A stretch of DNA of 64,000 nucleotides, taken from assembly GCA_965116595.1 (NCBI GenBank), contig OZ220708.1, positions 1,078,875 to 1,142,874 on the forward strand. Direction: 5' to 3'. Under the pieces are notes generated by a model, which searched no databases, was not told the origin of the DNA, and saw nothing but the letters and a program-made list of their open reading frames with translations. The translations under genes were made by a program, and so were the position numbers. Position 1 is the first letter of the stretch. Every line of letters begins with the position of its first letter. Shown here in pieces: positions 18,700 to 28,187 of this stretch. The stretch is from Arenicellales bacterium (GTDB lineage: Bacteria; Pseudomonadota; Gammaproteobacteria; Arenicellales; Poriferihabitantaceae).

Positions 18700-19128
18700 T
18701 CAGATTTCCAGAACCCTGGGTTGCTGGGCCTGATGTTGATGCTGCTCTCCTGCATATACCTTGAGTTTTGAAAACATGGCCCTGCCAAGCTTGTTGCGCG
18801 GCAACATGCCTTTAACTGCACTTTCGATCACACGGGCAGGGTGATTTCCGATCATCTCACGAAATGAAGTCTCCTTGATCCCTCCCGGGTATCCTGTGTG
18901 GCGATAATACTTCTTCGCATTGGCCTTATTACCTGTCACCGCAATCTTCTCTGCATTCACTACGATAACATAATCCCCGGTATCGACATGGGGGGTATAT
19001 TCAGCCTTGTGCTTGCCTCTCAAGCGATGTGCGATTTCAGAAGCCAATCTACCCAAAACCTTGTTATTGGCATCAATCACGAACCAGTCGCGTTTTACTG
19101 TTTGAGGATTTGCTGAGAACGTTTTCAT
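18700..19128 (-). CDS. rplM: 50S ribosomal protein L13
   Basis: 142 aa. It reads [52 protein letters not shown] and lies upstream of rpsI, as is canonical. Confidence 0.97.
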   Translation of the reverse strand: MKTFSANPQTVKRDWFVIDANNKVLGRLASEIAHRLRGKHKAEYTPHVDTGDYVIVVNAEKIAVTGNKANAKKYYRHTGYPGGIKETSFREMIGNHPARVIESAVKGMLPRNKLGRAMFSKLKVYAGEQHQHQAQQPRVLEI

Positions 19129-19244
19129 TTGTTATAAACGAAATTCAGGTAAAAAACGGAGCGCGGATCATACTAAAGACAGAAGCGTGATACAAGTATC
19201 CCGTAACTTTTTTCAGGTATTTAAACTCAAATGCGCCACACAGG

Positions 19245-20456
19245 CTATATCAATAACTCAATCCAGTGCTTGACAGGCTCAGAACTGACATTGTTCAAGT
19301 GAACCTGGCAACCGACATTTGCCGTGCATACGATATCGGGATCGTTCTCCTGTAACGCAGCGATTTTACTGGTTTGCAGTTGTCCTGACAGTCCCGGTTG
19401 CAACAGAGAGTATGCGCCAGCCGAACCACAGCATAAGTGGGAATCCTCCACTGCACAGATCTGATACCCTGCGCGCTCCAGAATTCGTTCTACCTTACCC
19501 TTGATCCTCTGACCATGCTGAAGCGTACAGGGGGAATGAAAGGCTACCTTTGATCCGGCAGCCTTCACCCGATGGATCGAGTCGGGCTCTCTCTCGACCA
19601 CCTCCGAAAGATCAAGGGTTTTCCCGGATATGAGCCGGGCCTTTTCATAATATTCTTCATCCTCCGAGAACAAATTTTCGTATTCCTTGATCGTGACAGC
19701 ACATCCACTGGCAGTCACAATAAAACCATCCACTCCCTGATCGAGGTAAGGCCACCATGCATCAATCAGTTTGCGTGCATGTTGTCTGGCCTTGCGCTCA
19801 TTGGTCGTATGCAAGTCCAGGGAGCCACAACACCCGGCAGCCTTCGCTTCAATCAATGATATTCCCGACCTTCCCAGTATCACTGCGGCTGCGGCATTGG
19901 TATCCGGTGTCAGGGTTCCCTGCACACACCCGGCCAGAACGATCATTTTTCTGGAATGCACCGGCTTTGGCCATCGAATTCGATCTTCGGCCAGGGGTTT
20001 CGGTATCTTGTTTTTGAGTATCCCGGGCAAAACCGGCCTTACAAATTGTCCTGCCCGAAGCAAAAATGAAAACAGTCCCGGACGCGTGATTATTGCAGCA
20101 AGCACAGCCCTTGAATAATTTTCCGACCGCTTTGCCGGCACGCGTTTGTCTAAGAAATACCGCCCCGTTTCCAGTAACTTCCCATATTCCACCCCTGATG
20201 GACAAGTCGTCTCACACGCCCGACAGGTCAGGCAACGATCAAGATGTACCCTTGATGACTTGTTCACCTGTTCACCTTCAAGTAATTGCTTGATCAGATA
20301 GATTCTTCCCCGCGGACCATCTCTCTCGTCTCCCAATAGCTGGTAGGTGGGGCAGGTTGCATTACAAAAACCGCAATGCACGCATTTGCGGAGAATCCGG
20401 TTCGCGATTTTACCTTTGGAGGTAGCCGCAATTTCGCTTGTCAATGACGTTTGCAT
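19245..20456 (-). CDS. glcF: glycolate oxidase iron-sulfur subunit
   Basis: 403 aa. It has two ferredoxin-type motifs (CVHCGFCNATCP, CLTCRACETTCP) and CCG-domain cysteines (CCGS, HLCCGSAG). It lies downstream of glcD and glcE. Confidence 0.9.
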   Translation of the reverse strand: MQTSLTSEIAATSKGKIANRILRKCVHCGFCNATCPTYQLLGDERDGPRGRIYLIKQLLEGEQVNKSSRVHLDRCLTCRACETTCPSGVEYGKLLETGRYFLDKRVPAKRSENYSRAVLAAIITRPGLFSFLLRAGQFVRPVLPGILKNKIPKPLAEDRIRWPKPVHSRKMIVLAGCVQGTLTPDTNAAAAVILGRSGISLIEAKAAGCCGSLDLHTTNERKARQHARKLIDAWWPYLDQGVDGFIVTASGCAVTIKEYENLFSEDEEYYEKARLISGKTLDLSEVVEREPDSIHRVKAAGSKVAFHSPCTLQHGQRIKGKVERILERAGYQICAVEDSHLCCGSAGAYSLLQPGLSGQLQTSKIAALQENDPDIVCTANVGCQVHLNNVSSEPVKHWIELLI

Positions 20457-20458
20457 GG

Positions 20459-21523
20459 TTATAAATCTGCGTACATTCTCCCGGGATTCAGAATCCTGTC
20501 CGGATCAAAGGCATTCTTCAGGCGTTGATGGTATTTCATCATTGCCGGATCAATTGGATCGAACACTTCCCTTGCTCTGTCAGCATTCCTGAACCGGGTA
20601 ACATGGCCCCTGTGTGAACGGATGTGTTGCTCGAAATCGCTTTTATCCTGATCACCGCAAACCCATCGTACCGCCCCTCCCCAATCGATCAGTTGTGGCG
20701 ATAGCGGACAATTCACTGGAGTTGCAGGCGCCACCGAACCGCGTACGACCTGCTCGCTGTTTTGAAAAAACTCATGACTGTGTTGCCGGACACTGTCCCA
20801 GAACGAGGCCCCCTGGTCATCCACCTCACCTCCAATCTGTCTTATCGCCGAATCAACCCCGGCATCCGAGCCTGACAGCCGCAATCGGGTCCTTCCCCCG
20901 ACCCAGCAGGCCGCTGAAACCGGTAAAGGTTTGCGTGCCAGTGAACTGATCAGTTCCAGTGACTCATCGGGCTGCGCATGTTCCAGTCTGACTGTGGTTT
21001 CACGCAGCGGACACGGCAACACCTTGAGCGATACTTCCAGAATGACACCCAGGCATCCCATGGCGCCGACCATCAATCGGGAAACATCAAAACCGGCCAC
21101 ATTTTTGATTACCTGGCCTCCGAATCGAAGCACCTCCCCTTTCCCTGTCAACACCTTCATACCCAGAACAAAATCACTCACCGACCCGGCGTAGGGACGA
21201 CGGGGCCCAGCCAGACCGGTAGCAATGGCTCCGCCCAGAGTCGCGAATGGTGAAAACAGGGGTGGTTCGAAACCCAGCATCTGATTCTGACTGGCCAGGG
21301 TTGTTTGAATTTCTTCCAGTAATGTTCCCGCCCGTGCAGTGATCACCAGTTCCGTTGGATGATAATCAAGGATCCCGCCATGCTGCCTGGTTGAAAGCGT
21401 CTCTCCTGTTATTTCCCGGCCATAAAAATCCTTGCTCCCGCCACCGCGAATCGCCAGAGGCGTGGATTCCCTGTGAGCACGGAATACACACTCCTGCAAT
21501 TCCTTTTCCTGATCCCCCCCCAC
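20459..21523 (-). CDS. glcE: glycolate oxidase FAD-binding subunit
   Basis: 354 aa with an FAD_binding_4-like N-terminus (PLAIRGGGSKDFYG). It sits between glcD and glcF, and its start overlaps the glcD stop. Confidence 0.88.
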   Translation of the reverse strand: MGGDQEKELQECVFRAHRESTPLAIRGGGSKDFYGREITGETLSTRQHGGILDYHPTELVITARAGTLLEEIQTTLASQNQMLGFEPPLFSPFATLGGAIATGLAGPRRPYAGSVSDFVLGMKVLTGKGEVLRFGGQVIKNVAGFDVSRLMVGAMGCLGVILEVSLKVLPCPLRETTVRLEHAQPDESLELISSLARKPLPVSAACWVGGRTRLRLSGSDAGVDSAIRQIGGEVDDQGASFWDSVRQHSHEFFQNSEQVVRGSVAPATPVNCPLSPQLIDWGGAVRWVCGDQDKSDFEQHIRSHRGHVTRFRNADRAREVFDPIDPAMMKYHQRLKNAFDPDRILNPGRMYADL

Positions 21524-22989
21524 TAAAAACGATCCAGTTCGGGGAAAGGCAGTTCTCCTGCATGGACATGCATGGCATTATGCTCTGCACATCTGGCAAG
21601 GGTGGGTATGGCTTTCCCCGGATTGAGTAACCTGGCCTGATCGAAGCATTCACGTACTGCATGGAATTGCCCACGCTCCTGATCGTTGAACTGGATGCAC
21701 ATTTCACCGATTTTCTCTACACCCACGCCATGCTCGCCGGTGATGGTGCCGCCCACCGCAATACACAATTGAAGAATTTCACTGCCCAGTTTTTCGGTTT
21801 TTTCCAACTCCCCGGGCTGGTTGGCGTCATAAAGAATCAGCGGATGCAGATTGCCGTCCCCCGCATGGAACACATTGGCAACCGGTAACTGATACTGCTC
21901 GGAGAGACTGTTAATTTCAGTCAGCACGTGGCCCAAAGATTTACGCGGAATAGTGCCATCGATACAATAATAATCCGGTGAAATCCGACCGACCGCAGGA
22001 AATGCGGCCTTTCTGCCTGACCAGAACAACTCTCTCTCGTGCTCATCCCTGGCAACCCGACTCTCGACAGCGCCATTTTGATCAAACATTTGTTTGACAC
22101 GCTCAATTTGATCATCCACTTCAGTCGGCGTGCCATCGAGTTCACACAACAATATCGCGCTGGCCGCGGTTGGATAACCTGCCTTGACAAAGTCTTCGGC
22201 AGCGCATATCGCCGGGTTATCCATCATTTCAATACCCGCTGGAATGATGCCATTACCGATAATGTCAGCCACGCTGTCCCCGGCATTCTTAACCGAATCG
22301 AACACCCCCATGATGACTTTCGCCGTATCCGGTATCGGCAATAATTTCACGCCCACTTCAACCACAACACCCAGCATTCCCTCGGACCCTATCATCAGTG
22401 AAAGCAGGTTGAATCCCGGATTATCCAGGCTGCATCCACCGATCTCAACAAGATCACCTTCCATGGTCGCTATCTTCAAACAGGTAATGTTGTGTAGTGT
22501 TAATCCATATTTCAAGCAGTGTACCCCACCCGCATTTTCTGCGACATTTCCACCGATGGTGCATGCGATCTGGGATGAAGGGTCCGGTGCATAATAGAGC
22601 CCGTGTTTTTTGACCGCATCAGAGATTGCAAGGTTTCGTATCCCCGGTTCAACCCTTGCAGTGCGGTTGGCCAGATCCAGCTCCAGCATCCGATTCATTT
22701 TTGCCAGACTCAGAACAATACCCTCCCTGTGGGGCAAGGCGCCCCCCGACAGACTGGTTCCACCCCCCCTGCTGACTATTGGAAGAGAGTGTTCCCTGCA
22801 GATTGCCATGGTCCGTTGAACCTGCTCAACGCTATCGGGTAATACCACCAGCTTTGGGATTTGCCTGTAGGCGCTCAGTCCATCGCACTCATAAACCCGC
22901 AACTCGGTCTTGTCTGAAACGATGGACTCCGATGGCAGGACATTTTCGAACAGTCCCCTGATTTCATTTGTGTTCATTGAAGTCGTCAA
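21523..22989 (-). CDS. glcD: glycolate oxidase subunit GlcD (FAD-linked oxidase)
   Basis: 488 aa. It has an FAD-binding PCMH domain (IVSRGGGTSLSGGALP) and a C-terminal FAD-oxidase domain (GTITGEHGVG). Confidence 0.92.
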   Translation of the reverse strand: MTTSMNTNEIRGLFENVLPSESIVSDKTELRVYECDGLSAYRQIPKLVVLPDSVEQVQRTMAICREHSLPIVSRGGGTSLSGGALPHREGIVLSLAKMNRMLELDLANRTARVEPGIRNLAISDAVKKHGLYYAPDPSSQIACTIGGNVAENAGGVHCLKYGLTLHNITCLKIATMEGDLVEIGGCSLDNPGFNLLSLMIGSEGMLGVVVEVGVKLLPIPDTAKVIMGVFDSVKNAGDSVADIIGNGIIPAGIEMMDNPAICAAEDFVKAGYPTAASAILLCELDGTPTEVDDQIERVKQMFDQNGAVESRVARDEHERELFWSGRKAAFPAVGRISPDYYCIDGTIPRKSLGHVLTEINSLSEQYQLPVANVFHAGDGNLHPLILYDANQPGELEKTEKLGSEILQLCIAVGGTITGEHGVGVEKIGEMCIQFNDQERGQFHAVRECFDQARLLNPGKAIPTLARCAEHNAMHVHAGELPFPELDRF

Positions 22990-23119
22990 GAATATTTACG
23001 TTTCCCCTGTCTTTGGTTTGTGTTTGCAGGATATAACAGGAGAGGAAGCAGAGCAAATCCCTTTCCCTGGACCACGACGAAATTTCGATGTAGGCCAGAG
23101 CCTGCCCCCAACCGTAATC

Positions 23120-23233
23120 GTAGGGGCGGGTCCCCGGCCCCCGATCAGGCCGAGGGCAGGCCTTGATCGGGGAGCGGGTCTCCGTGCCCGCCCACAGAAT
23201 CCCATAACCCGCCCCAAATTTCGTCATTCCCGC
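23120..23233. repeat. REP-like element, copy B, with a nested hairpin insertion and a half dRS3-like site
   Basis: The sequence is gtaggggcgggtcccc / 38-bp palindrome (ccccgatcaggcc...ggccttgatcgggg) / gcgggtctccgtgcccgcccac ... aaatttcgtcattcccgc. It shares modules with copies A and C. Confidence 0.5.
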
Positions 23234-23299
23234 AATAGCCTACCTTACCCTCGCGAGGAACAATCAGGTATCATAAACACCAATCCACCCTATGAAGCG

Positions 23300-24012
23300 A
23301 TGGATGGATTATCCATTCAGCGGAGACTTCCAACCATCCCGGAATCTGAATGTATTGACGAACCCGCCTCCCAGCGGCAACACAATGAAGACCGGATGCG
23401 CCGCGCCGACGCCTGGATCAAGCGCAGCAAGCAGGATGATACGGAAGACATCGAGCGCTTCATGTTTTTCTGGGTTGCTTTCAATGCGGCCTATGGCAAT
23501 GAGGCGGCACTGCGTGATTTCGTCGATGGGGAGGAAGGAAGGGAGAGCGAATCCCACTACTTCATGGTATTTCTCAAGAATATTGTGGAACAGGATGTAT
23601 CAGGCGCCTTGGAAAGAATCGTATGGGGAGAGTTCTCCGGCCCGATCCGGACAACCACTACGTGTTCCACCCCTTCTGGAAGTCGGTCTGGGACCTCAAG
23701 CCGGAACGTGACTGGAAGAGACACTTCAAGAGCGAAAAGAACAGAGTGAGGAAGGCCCTGTCGAGACGGGACGTCCTTCCCATCCTGTCGGTCGTGTTCC
23801 GCCGTCTCTATACATTGCGCAACCAGATATTCCATGGTGGCGCAACCTATCCCAGCGGCTTCGGTCGCACCCAGATCCGGGACGGAAGCCGGATCATGGC
23901 CTCCCTCGTGCCGGCGATCATCGACATCATGAAGCAAGATCTCAGCCGCGACTCAGACTCGGAAACCTGGGGAAAGGTCGCGTATCCGCGTATCAACGCT
24001 GAACCGGAATAG
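23300..24012 (+). pseudogene. HEPN-domain protein gene disrupted by a frameshift
   Basis: Two overlapping ORFs lie in different frames. One is MDGLSIQRRL...FMFFWVAFNAAYG...ERIVWGEFSGPIR. The other is ...DNHYVFHPFWKSVW...LYTLRNQIFHGGATY and carries the Rx4H HEPN motif. The frames switch at about 23640-23652, and the span of 713 nt is not a multiple of 3. Confidence 0.55.
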
Positions 24013-24254
24013 CATCCTTCGTTCGCCTGGCGCCAATCACACCAAACCCTCCGGGAATCCACCGCCCGCAAGATACACACCCGCCATCACCACCGCCCCG
24101 CCACCCGAACCCCGAGGCGGTGCGGCGGCGGGGCGTTGCCGTCACCGTGACCGTCGCTATGCCATCCGAAATCGGGAGACTCACCGGCAATCCTCCGACG
24201 CCACTGCTCAAGTCTGAATAGTCAAAAGCGGGCAATGAAGGTCAGCCCGACTTC

Positions 24255-24640
24255 GTGTTGCGGCCGGGTTCCCGCTGTACTGCCTGCCTTACTCCGTTGC
24301 GTTTCCACCAGAATATCCCGATAGCCAGCTTTATCTTTTTGTCCGGCAGGTGTGGATTTTGCGGCATTCGAATTTCGCCGCGTTATCCGGTCGTCGAGAT
24401 GATCTCTGCGGTGATGGCCGTCACGCTCGGAGTCGTATATGAGCCTGACTGGCAACTTGCAGCCGTGATGGTTTTTGTCTGTACCTTGCTCACATTGAGC
24501 CTGATCGATATGGATCACCAGGTCTTGCCGGACCTGATTGTCCTGCCGCTGCTGTGGGCCGGAGTGCTGTTCATTTCCCTGTCTCTTTTTGTTGACCTGC
24601 ATTTAGCGGTATGGGGCGCGGTTGCCGGGTATCTGGCGCA
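24255..24640 (+). pseudogene. pilD: internal fragment of prepilin peptidase/N-methyltransferase
   Basis: LRPGSRCTACLTPLRFHQNIPIASFIFLSGRCGFCGIRISPRYPVVE is the PilD Cys-box region, and LIDMDHQVLPD is the first catalytic Asp motif. The first ~65 aa and the C-terminal half with the second Asp are missing. Similarity ends near 24640 (AGYLAQCLSLFVPNERF). Confidence 0.7.
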
Positions 24641-25520
24641 ATGTTTGTCTTTATTTGTGCCAAATGAACGGTTTGCGGCTCAGATCAGTGGTGATATCGG
24701 AGACATTCATGACTTGTGGCACCATCTCTATGGTAAGCTTCCTGGCCTCTTTGTATCGACTAAACCGTTATCTGAATTCGATATATCGTCCTGCAATTAT
24801 CATTTCTTTTCGCTTAAAAGACCTTGGCGAGGGGAGCGAAGTGGAAGCTATGGGCGAATTTCACCATTTGGGAGACAAACAAATTCGTTAGCGCCGACAA
24901 AACAACACAAAGGAGATATAAGAAAACTTTGGCGATCAAGACGAAAATACCAGTAGAGGATGCTCCTTGGCAGCGTCAGAATGTTTGCCGATTGCGAGTC
25001 CTGCCGCACCCTTTCCTGAACTAGGCCGGAGGTTGAAACCTCCCCAAATTTATTGATCAAGCTTCGTCTCTCTTTCCTGATGAATGGGTTTGCGGGGAGA
25101 ATATTGAAACTGGGGTTGACAGAACTGAACGGCGACCTAGTCGATGTGATCGATCATAAATTGTCGAGATCGCCAATGTAAATGATCGTCTATAGAGTCG
25201 CCTAGAGGAGTTGCCGGAATGTAGTCAACACTGGTCTCGAACTTCATTTAACCGTTATCCTTGTGCATTTATTTGTTATTTCTCAGCCTGCCAGTACAAA
25301 GTTCTGGTTGTTCAATGCTGGCTCACGTCGCCTTCGAACCGCTTACCCTGTGATACAATTTCAGGGCGAAATTATTAACACTGCCAACTAAGGAAACGTT
25401 TCTTGAAAAGGTAAGTTGTCTAACCGGAGTAACCTAGAACCAAATCGACGCGGAGATCAAATCACCAAACGCATCAGACTTGGTGATAGTTAGCCATTAA
25501 AGCAGATAAGGAGTGACACA

Positions 25521-26651
25521 TTGTACAACGATGAATTAACCGAGCAAACAATCTCCATAGACAGTCTATACTTGGACCCGAACAATCCAAGGTTTTGGGA
25601 TCAGCAGAGCCGTCGACAGATTCCTGATACCCGGGCAACAGAAGAAACAATTCAACGACGAGTCGAACAGTCCATCCGGCGCCATGATATCGAAGAGCTT
25701 CAGTTTAGCATCTTAAGGAATGGCTTCCTTCCACTAGATAGGATTGTTGTTCGTCCACTAGAGTCGCACGACGATAAATTTGTAGTAGTTGAAGGAAATC
25801 GTCGTCTTGCCGCCCTGAAGCTCTTACGAGAAAGAATCAGAGAGGGTCTTGTCGCAGAGGAAAATATTTCTGAAGAATACTTGAGTAATCTGTTAGATCA
25901 AACAAAAGAACTTTCGGTTCTAGTTTATAACGGTTCCTATTCCAATGATATTTCCTGGATTTTCCAAGGAATCAGGCATATCGGCGGAATACGGCAGTGG
26001 GAGCCGGCTCAACGCGCAAAACTAGTTGCCGACCAATTTGACAACGGTTCCTCCACCTTTACTGAAACCGGGCAAAAATTCGGACTTAGTGCCAGAGCCG
26101 TGGGACGATTGTATCGCTCCTACAAGGCTCTTGAACAAATGCGAGCGGATGATGAGTATGGCAAGAAAGCCAGAAACAACTATTTCAGTTTGTTCGAAGA
26201 AGCCTATCGAAATGCGGACGTCCGAAAGTGGCTAAATTGGGATGAAGAAGAGTATCACTTTCAGCATCTCGAAAACCTTCGTATGTTTTATGCTTGGATC
26301 TGCCAGGACGAAGAGGATGAACCAGAACAGAGACGAAGAATCCACAACCCGAAGCAAGTAAAGTGCCTAGGGACTTTGATAGCTGGCGATCATCAGGCGC
26401 TTATATCGAAAGTAGATCGCCACGAAGTTCCCATTGAAACAGCGGAAATAACTGCACTCAATGTACAACCAGCGGATTCGTGGAAGGAACGCCTATTAAA
26501 CAGCCTGGATGTGATTCGATCACTTCCAACCGAAGTGATTACAAAAAATCCTAGGGATTATGGTGAATTATTGGCGGATATGATCAGAGAAATCCAGCAG
26601 TACAAGGTTATGGCAGATGCATTGTTGGTTGGGGATGATGAATCTGAATAA
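25521..26651 (+). CDS. ParB/Srx-fold N-terminal domain protein with an HTH
   Basis: 376 aa. The TTG start lies 7 nt after AAGGAG. ISIDSLYLDPNNPRF and VVVEGNRRLAALKLL match the ParB box II GxRR motif. An HTH-like segment follows (TFTETGQKFGLSARAVGRLYRSYKAL). The gene has lower GC than its neighbours. Confidence 0.7.
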   Translation: MYNDELTEQTISIDSLYLDPNNPRFWDQQSRRQIPDTRATEETIQRRVEQSIRRHDIEELQFSILRNGFLPLDRIVVRPLESHDDKFVVVEGNRRLAALKLLRERIREGLVAEENISEEYLSNLLDQTKELSVLVYNGSYSNDISWIFQGIRHIGGIRQWEPAQRAKLVADQFDNGSSTFTETGQKFGLSARAVGRLYRSYKALEQMRADDEYGKKARNNYFSLFEEAYRNADVRKWLNWDEEEYHFQHLENLRMFYAWICQDEEDEPEQRRRIHNPKQVKCLGTLIAGDHQALISKVDRHEVPIETAEITALNVQPADSWKERLLNSLDVIRSLPTEVITKNPRDYGELLADMIREIQQYKVMADALLVGDDESE

Positions 26652-27516
26652 TTCGAGTCGGACTTTTTTGATTTCCAAGTTGGTTCCGTGCGTGGTCTCT
26701 CCCTCCGCACCAAAAGTCTTGAATTTGTTTGACGCGTTTATAGCTCATGTGAGTGAGGAGAAGAAATGGGGGCCCATTCGCTCCACTGAATTTGTGACAA
26801 AGCATTTCGGCCATTTGTGTGATTTATTAGAGAGGCATTTTAGTGATTGGGATGTGCAAGGAATTCCTCGACCGATCGCGCAAACTGACCAAGAACGTGT
26901 ATTTGTTGCGTGGCCACACGAACAATTTCGACGCTTTTCCGGTTTGGAGGAAACCATTGATAGGAATTTCTGCGAAGTATTCGAGTTTATTCAAAGCTTG
27001 AGCGGGAGGCCATTCCTGATAATTTGCGCATTATGGCTAAAGTGTATGAAGTTTCGAACAATTTACATAAGTGATGCAAAAGGGGATGAAGGAGTAGACT
27101 TGCTTGGCCTGCTTGATCAAGGTGGGCTACGGGCGTTGATTGCTGTTGTTCAGGCTAAAACCTCAAACGAGGCAGTAACAAAAGGCACAGTGATGGCGGA
27201 GTACGGAAAGTACAAGTCCCTCATTCATACCGAAAAGTATATGGAATACCGTAAAGCCTTGGATATCGATGGTAGTATTCAGGGCAGCACATGGACTTAC
27301 GTCATTATGGCGAATCAAGCGTTTAATGGCCCAGCTCGTGTGGCCGCGCGTCAATTGGGGATACTGCTGCGGTCCCTTCATCAGATTAGTTTTGACATAG
27401 CGAAAGAATATACAAAGAGTCAGATTGAGTCCGAAGTAAATAGGATAGTGAACGCGGAAGAGGGTGCGCCGAGAGTGGACTTGACGACAAACTTTTATAA
27501 TCAACTGAGGATATAG
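26617..27516 (+). CDS. Mrr-cat (PD-(D/E)xK) restriction endonuclease-like protein
   Basis: 299 aa. The nuclease core is ISDAKGDEGVDLLGL...ALIAVVQAKTSNEAVTKGTV (D...D...QxK). It overlaps the upstream stop. ATGs at 26617, 26635 and 26638 are all possible starts. Confidence 0.7.
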   Translation: MHCWLGMMNLNNSSRTFLISKLVPCVVSPSAPKVLNLFDAFIAHVSEEKKWGPIRSTEFVTKHFGHLCDLLERHFSDWDVQGIPRPIAQTDQERVFVAWPHEQFRRFSGLEETIDRNFCEVFEFIQSLSGRPFLIICALWLKCMKFRTIYISDAKGDEGVDLLGLLDQGGLRALIAVVQAKTSNEAVTKGTVMAEYGKYKSLIHTEKYMEYRKALDIDGSIQGSTWTYVIMANQAFNGPARVAARQLGILLRSLHQISFDIAKEYTKSQIESEVNRIVNAEEGAPRVDLTTNFYNQLRI

Positions 27517-28187
27517 TTGAGCATGCGTAGACCGGCGCAATTGCAAATATAAAACGCGCGGATAGTGGAACAGCGCACTAGACCATGGCTGCCGCTTGTA
27601 TAGATTTGACTAGGCTGGGGTTCAGTTGAAACCTACACCATCGAGGGCGCGGGGGCATGAGGGTCACACACAGATGAAAAGGTTCCGGGAACTTGAACAG
27701 GTAGAGGAACAGGTCGCCAACGAGACTATACAGGGTGGCGGTGGCAAGTACGAAAGCGACACCCGGTGGGCGAGGAGGGTCGTGCGGTGATTCTGAGGGA
27801 GGCGGCAGGTTCCTTGCGATGTGCCTCCACATTGACGAAGTTTAGGACGGCAATCAGGACGGAAACGGGGAAGGCTCTCATCCTCATACTATTTCAACCC
27901 ATACACCATGCGGAGAAGGTCGGCTGCCTCGTCCCGGTTGAAGGGAACGTCAAGTCTCCCGGGGACTGTCTGATGGACCATAACCACCTATTAGATGAGT
28001 TTGTCTCTATGTCCATCCCCGGCCAGCACGTCATCGAGATCAGATTTGGCCAGCCTCGGCTGCGCGTACAGTCACGCCGAGTCTCCCGCCGTCATATCGC
28101 CAGCCTCGATGGCAGTGTTGCGCTCACGGCTGGATTGTCTGAGTTGCCTAGAGGCGAGGTGAAGCAACGAACTGTGGAACGTTTCCC

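Noticed and set aside
22910-23299. The N-terminal 130 codons of ORF 22910-23749 overlap the glcD start and the REP-like element.
   Set aside because: This part is translated REP and intergenic sequence (PRPPIRPRAGLDRGAGLRARP). The coding signal begins at the ATG at 23300.
27517-28187. A 670-bp spacer contains ORF 27766-28191 (141 aa), the minus-strand ORF 27578-27832, and a minus-strand stretch reminiscent of a ParD-type antitoxin C-terminus (RERNTAIEAGDMTAGDSA*LYAQPRLAKSDLDDVL).
   Set aside because: There are no start codons, stops interrupt every candidate frame, and the similarity is too short and vague. At best this is gene debris between two acquired blocks.
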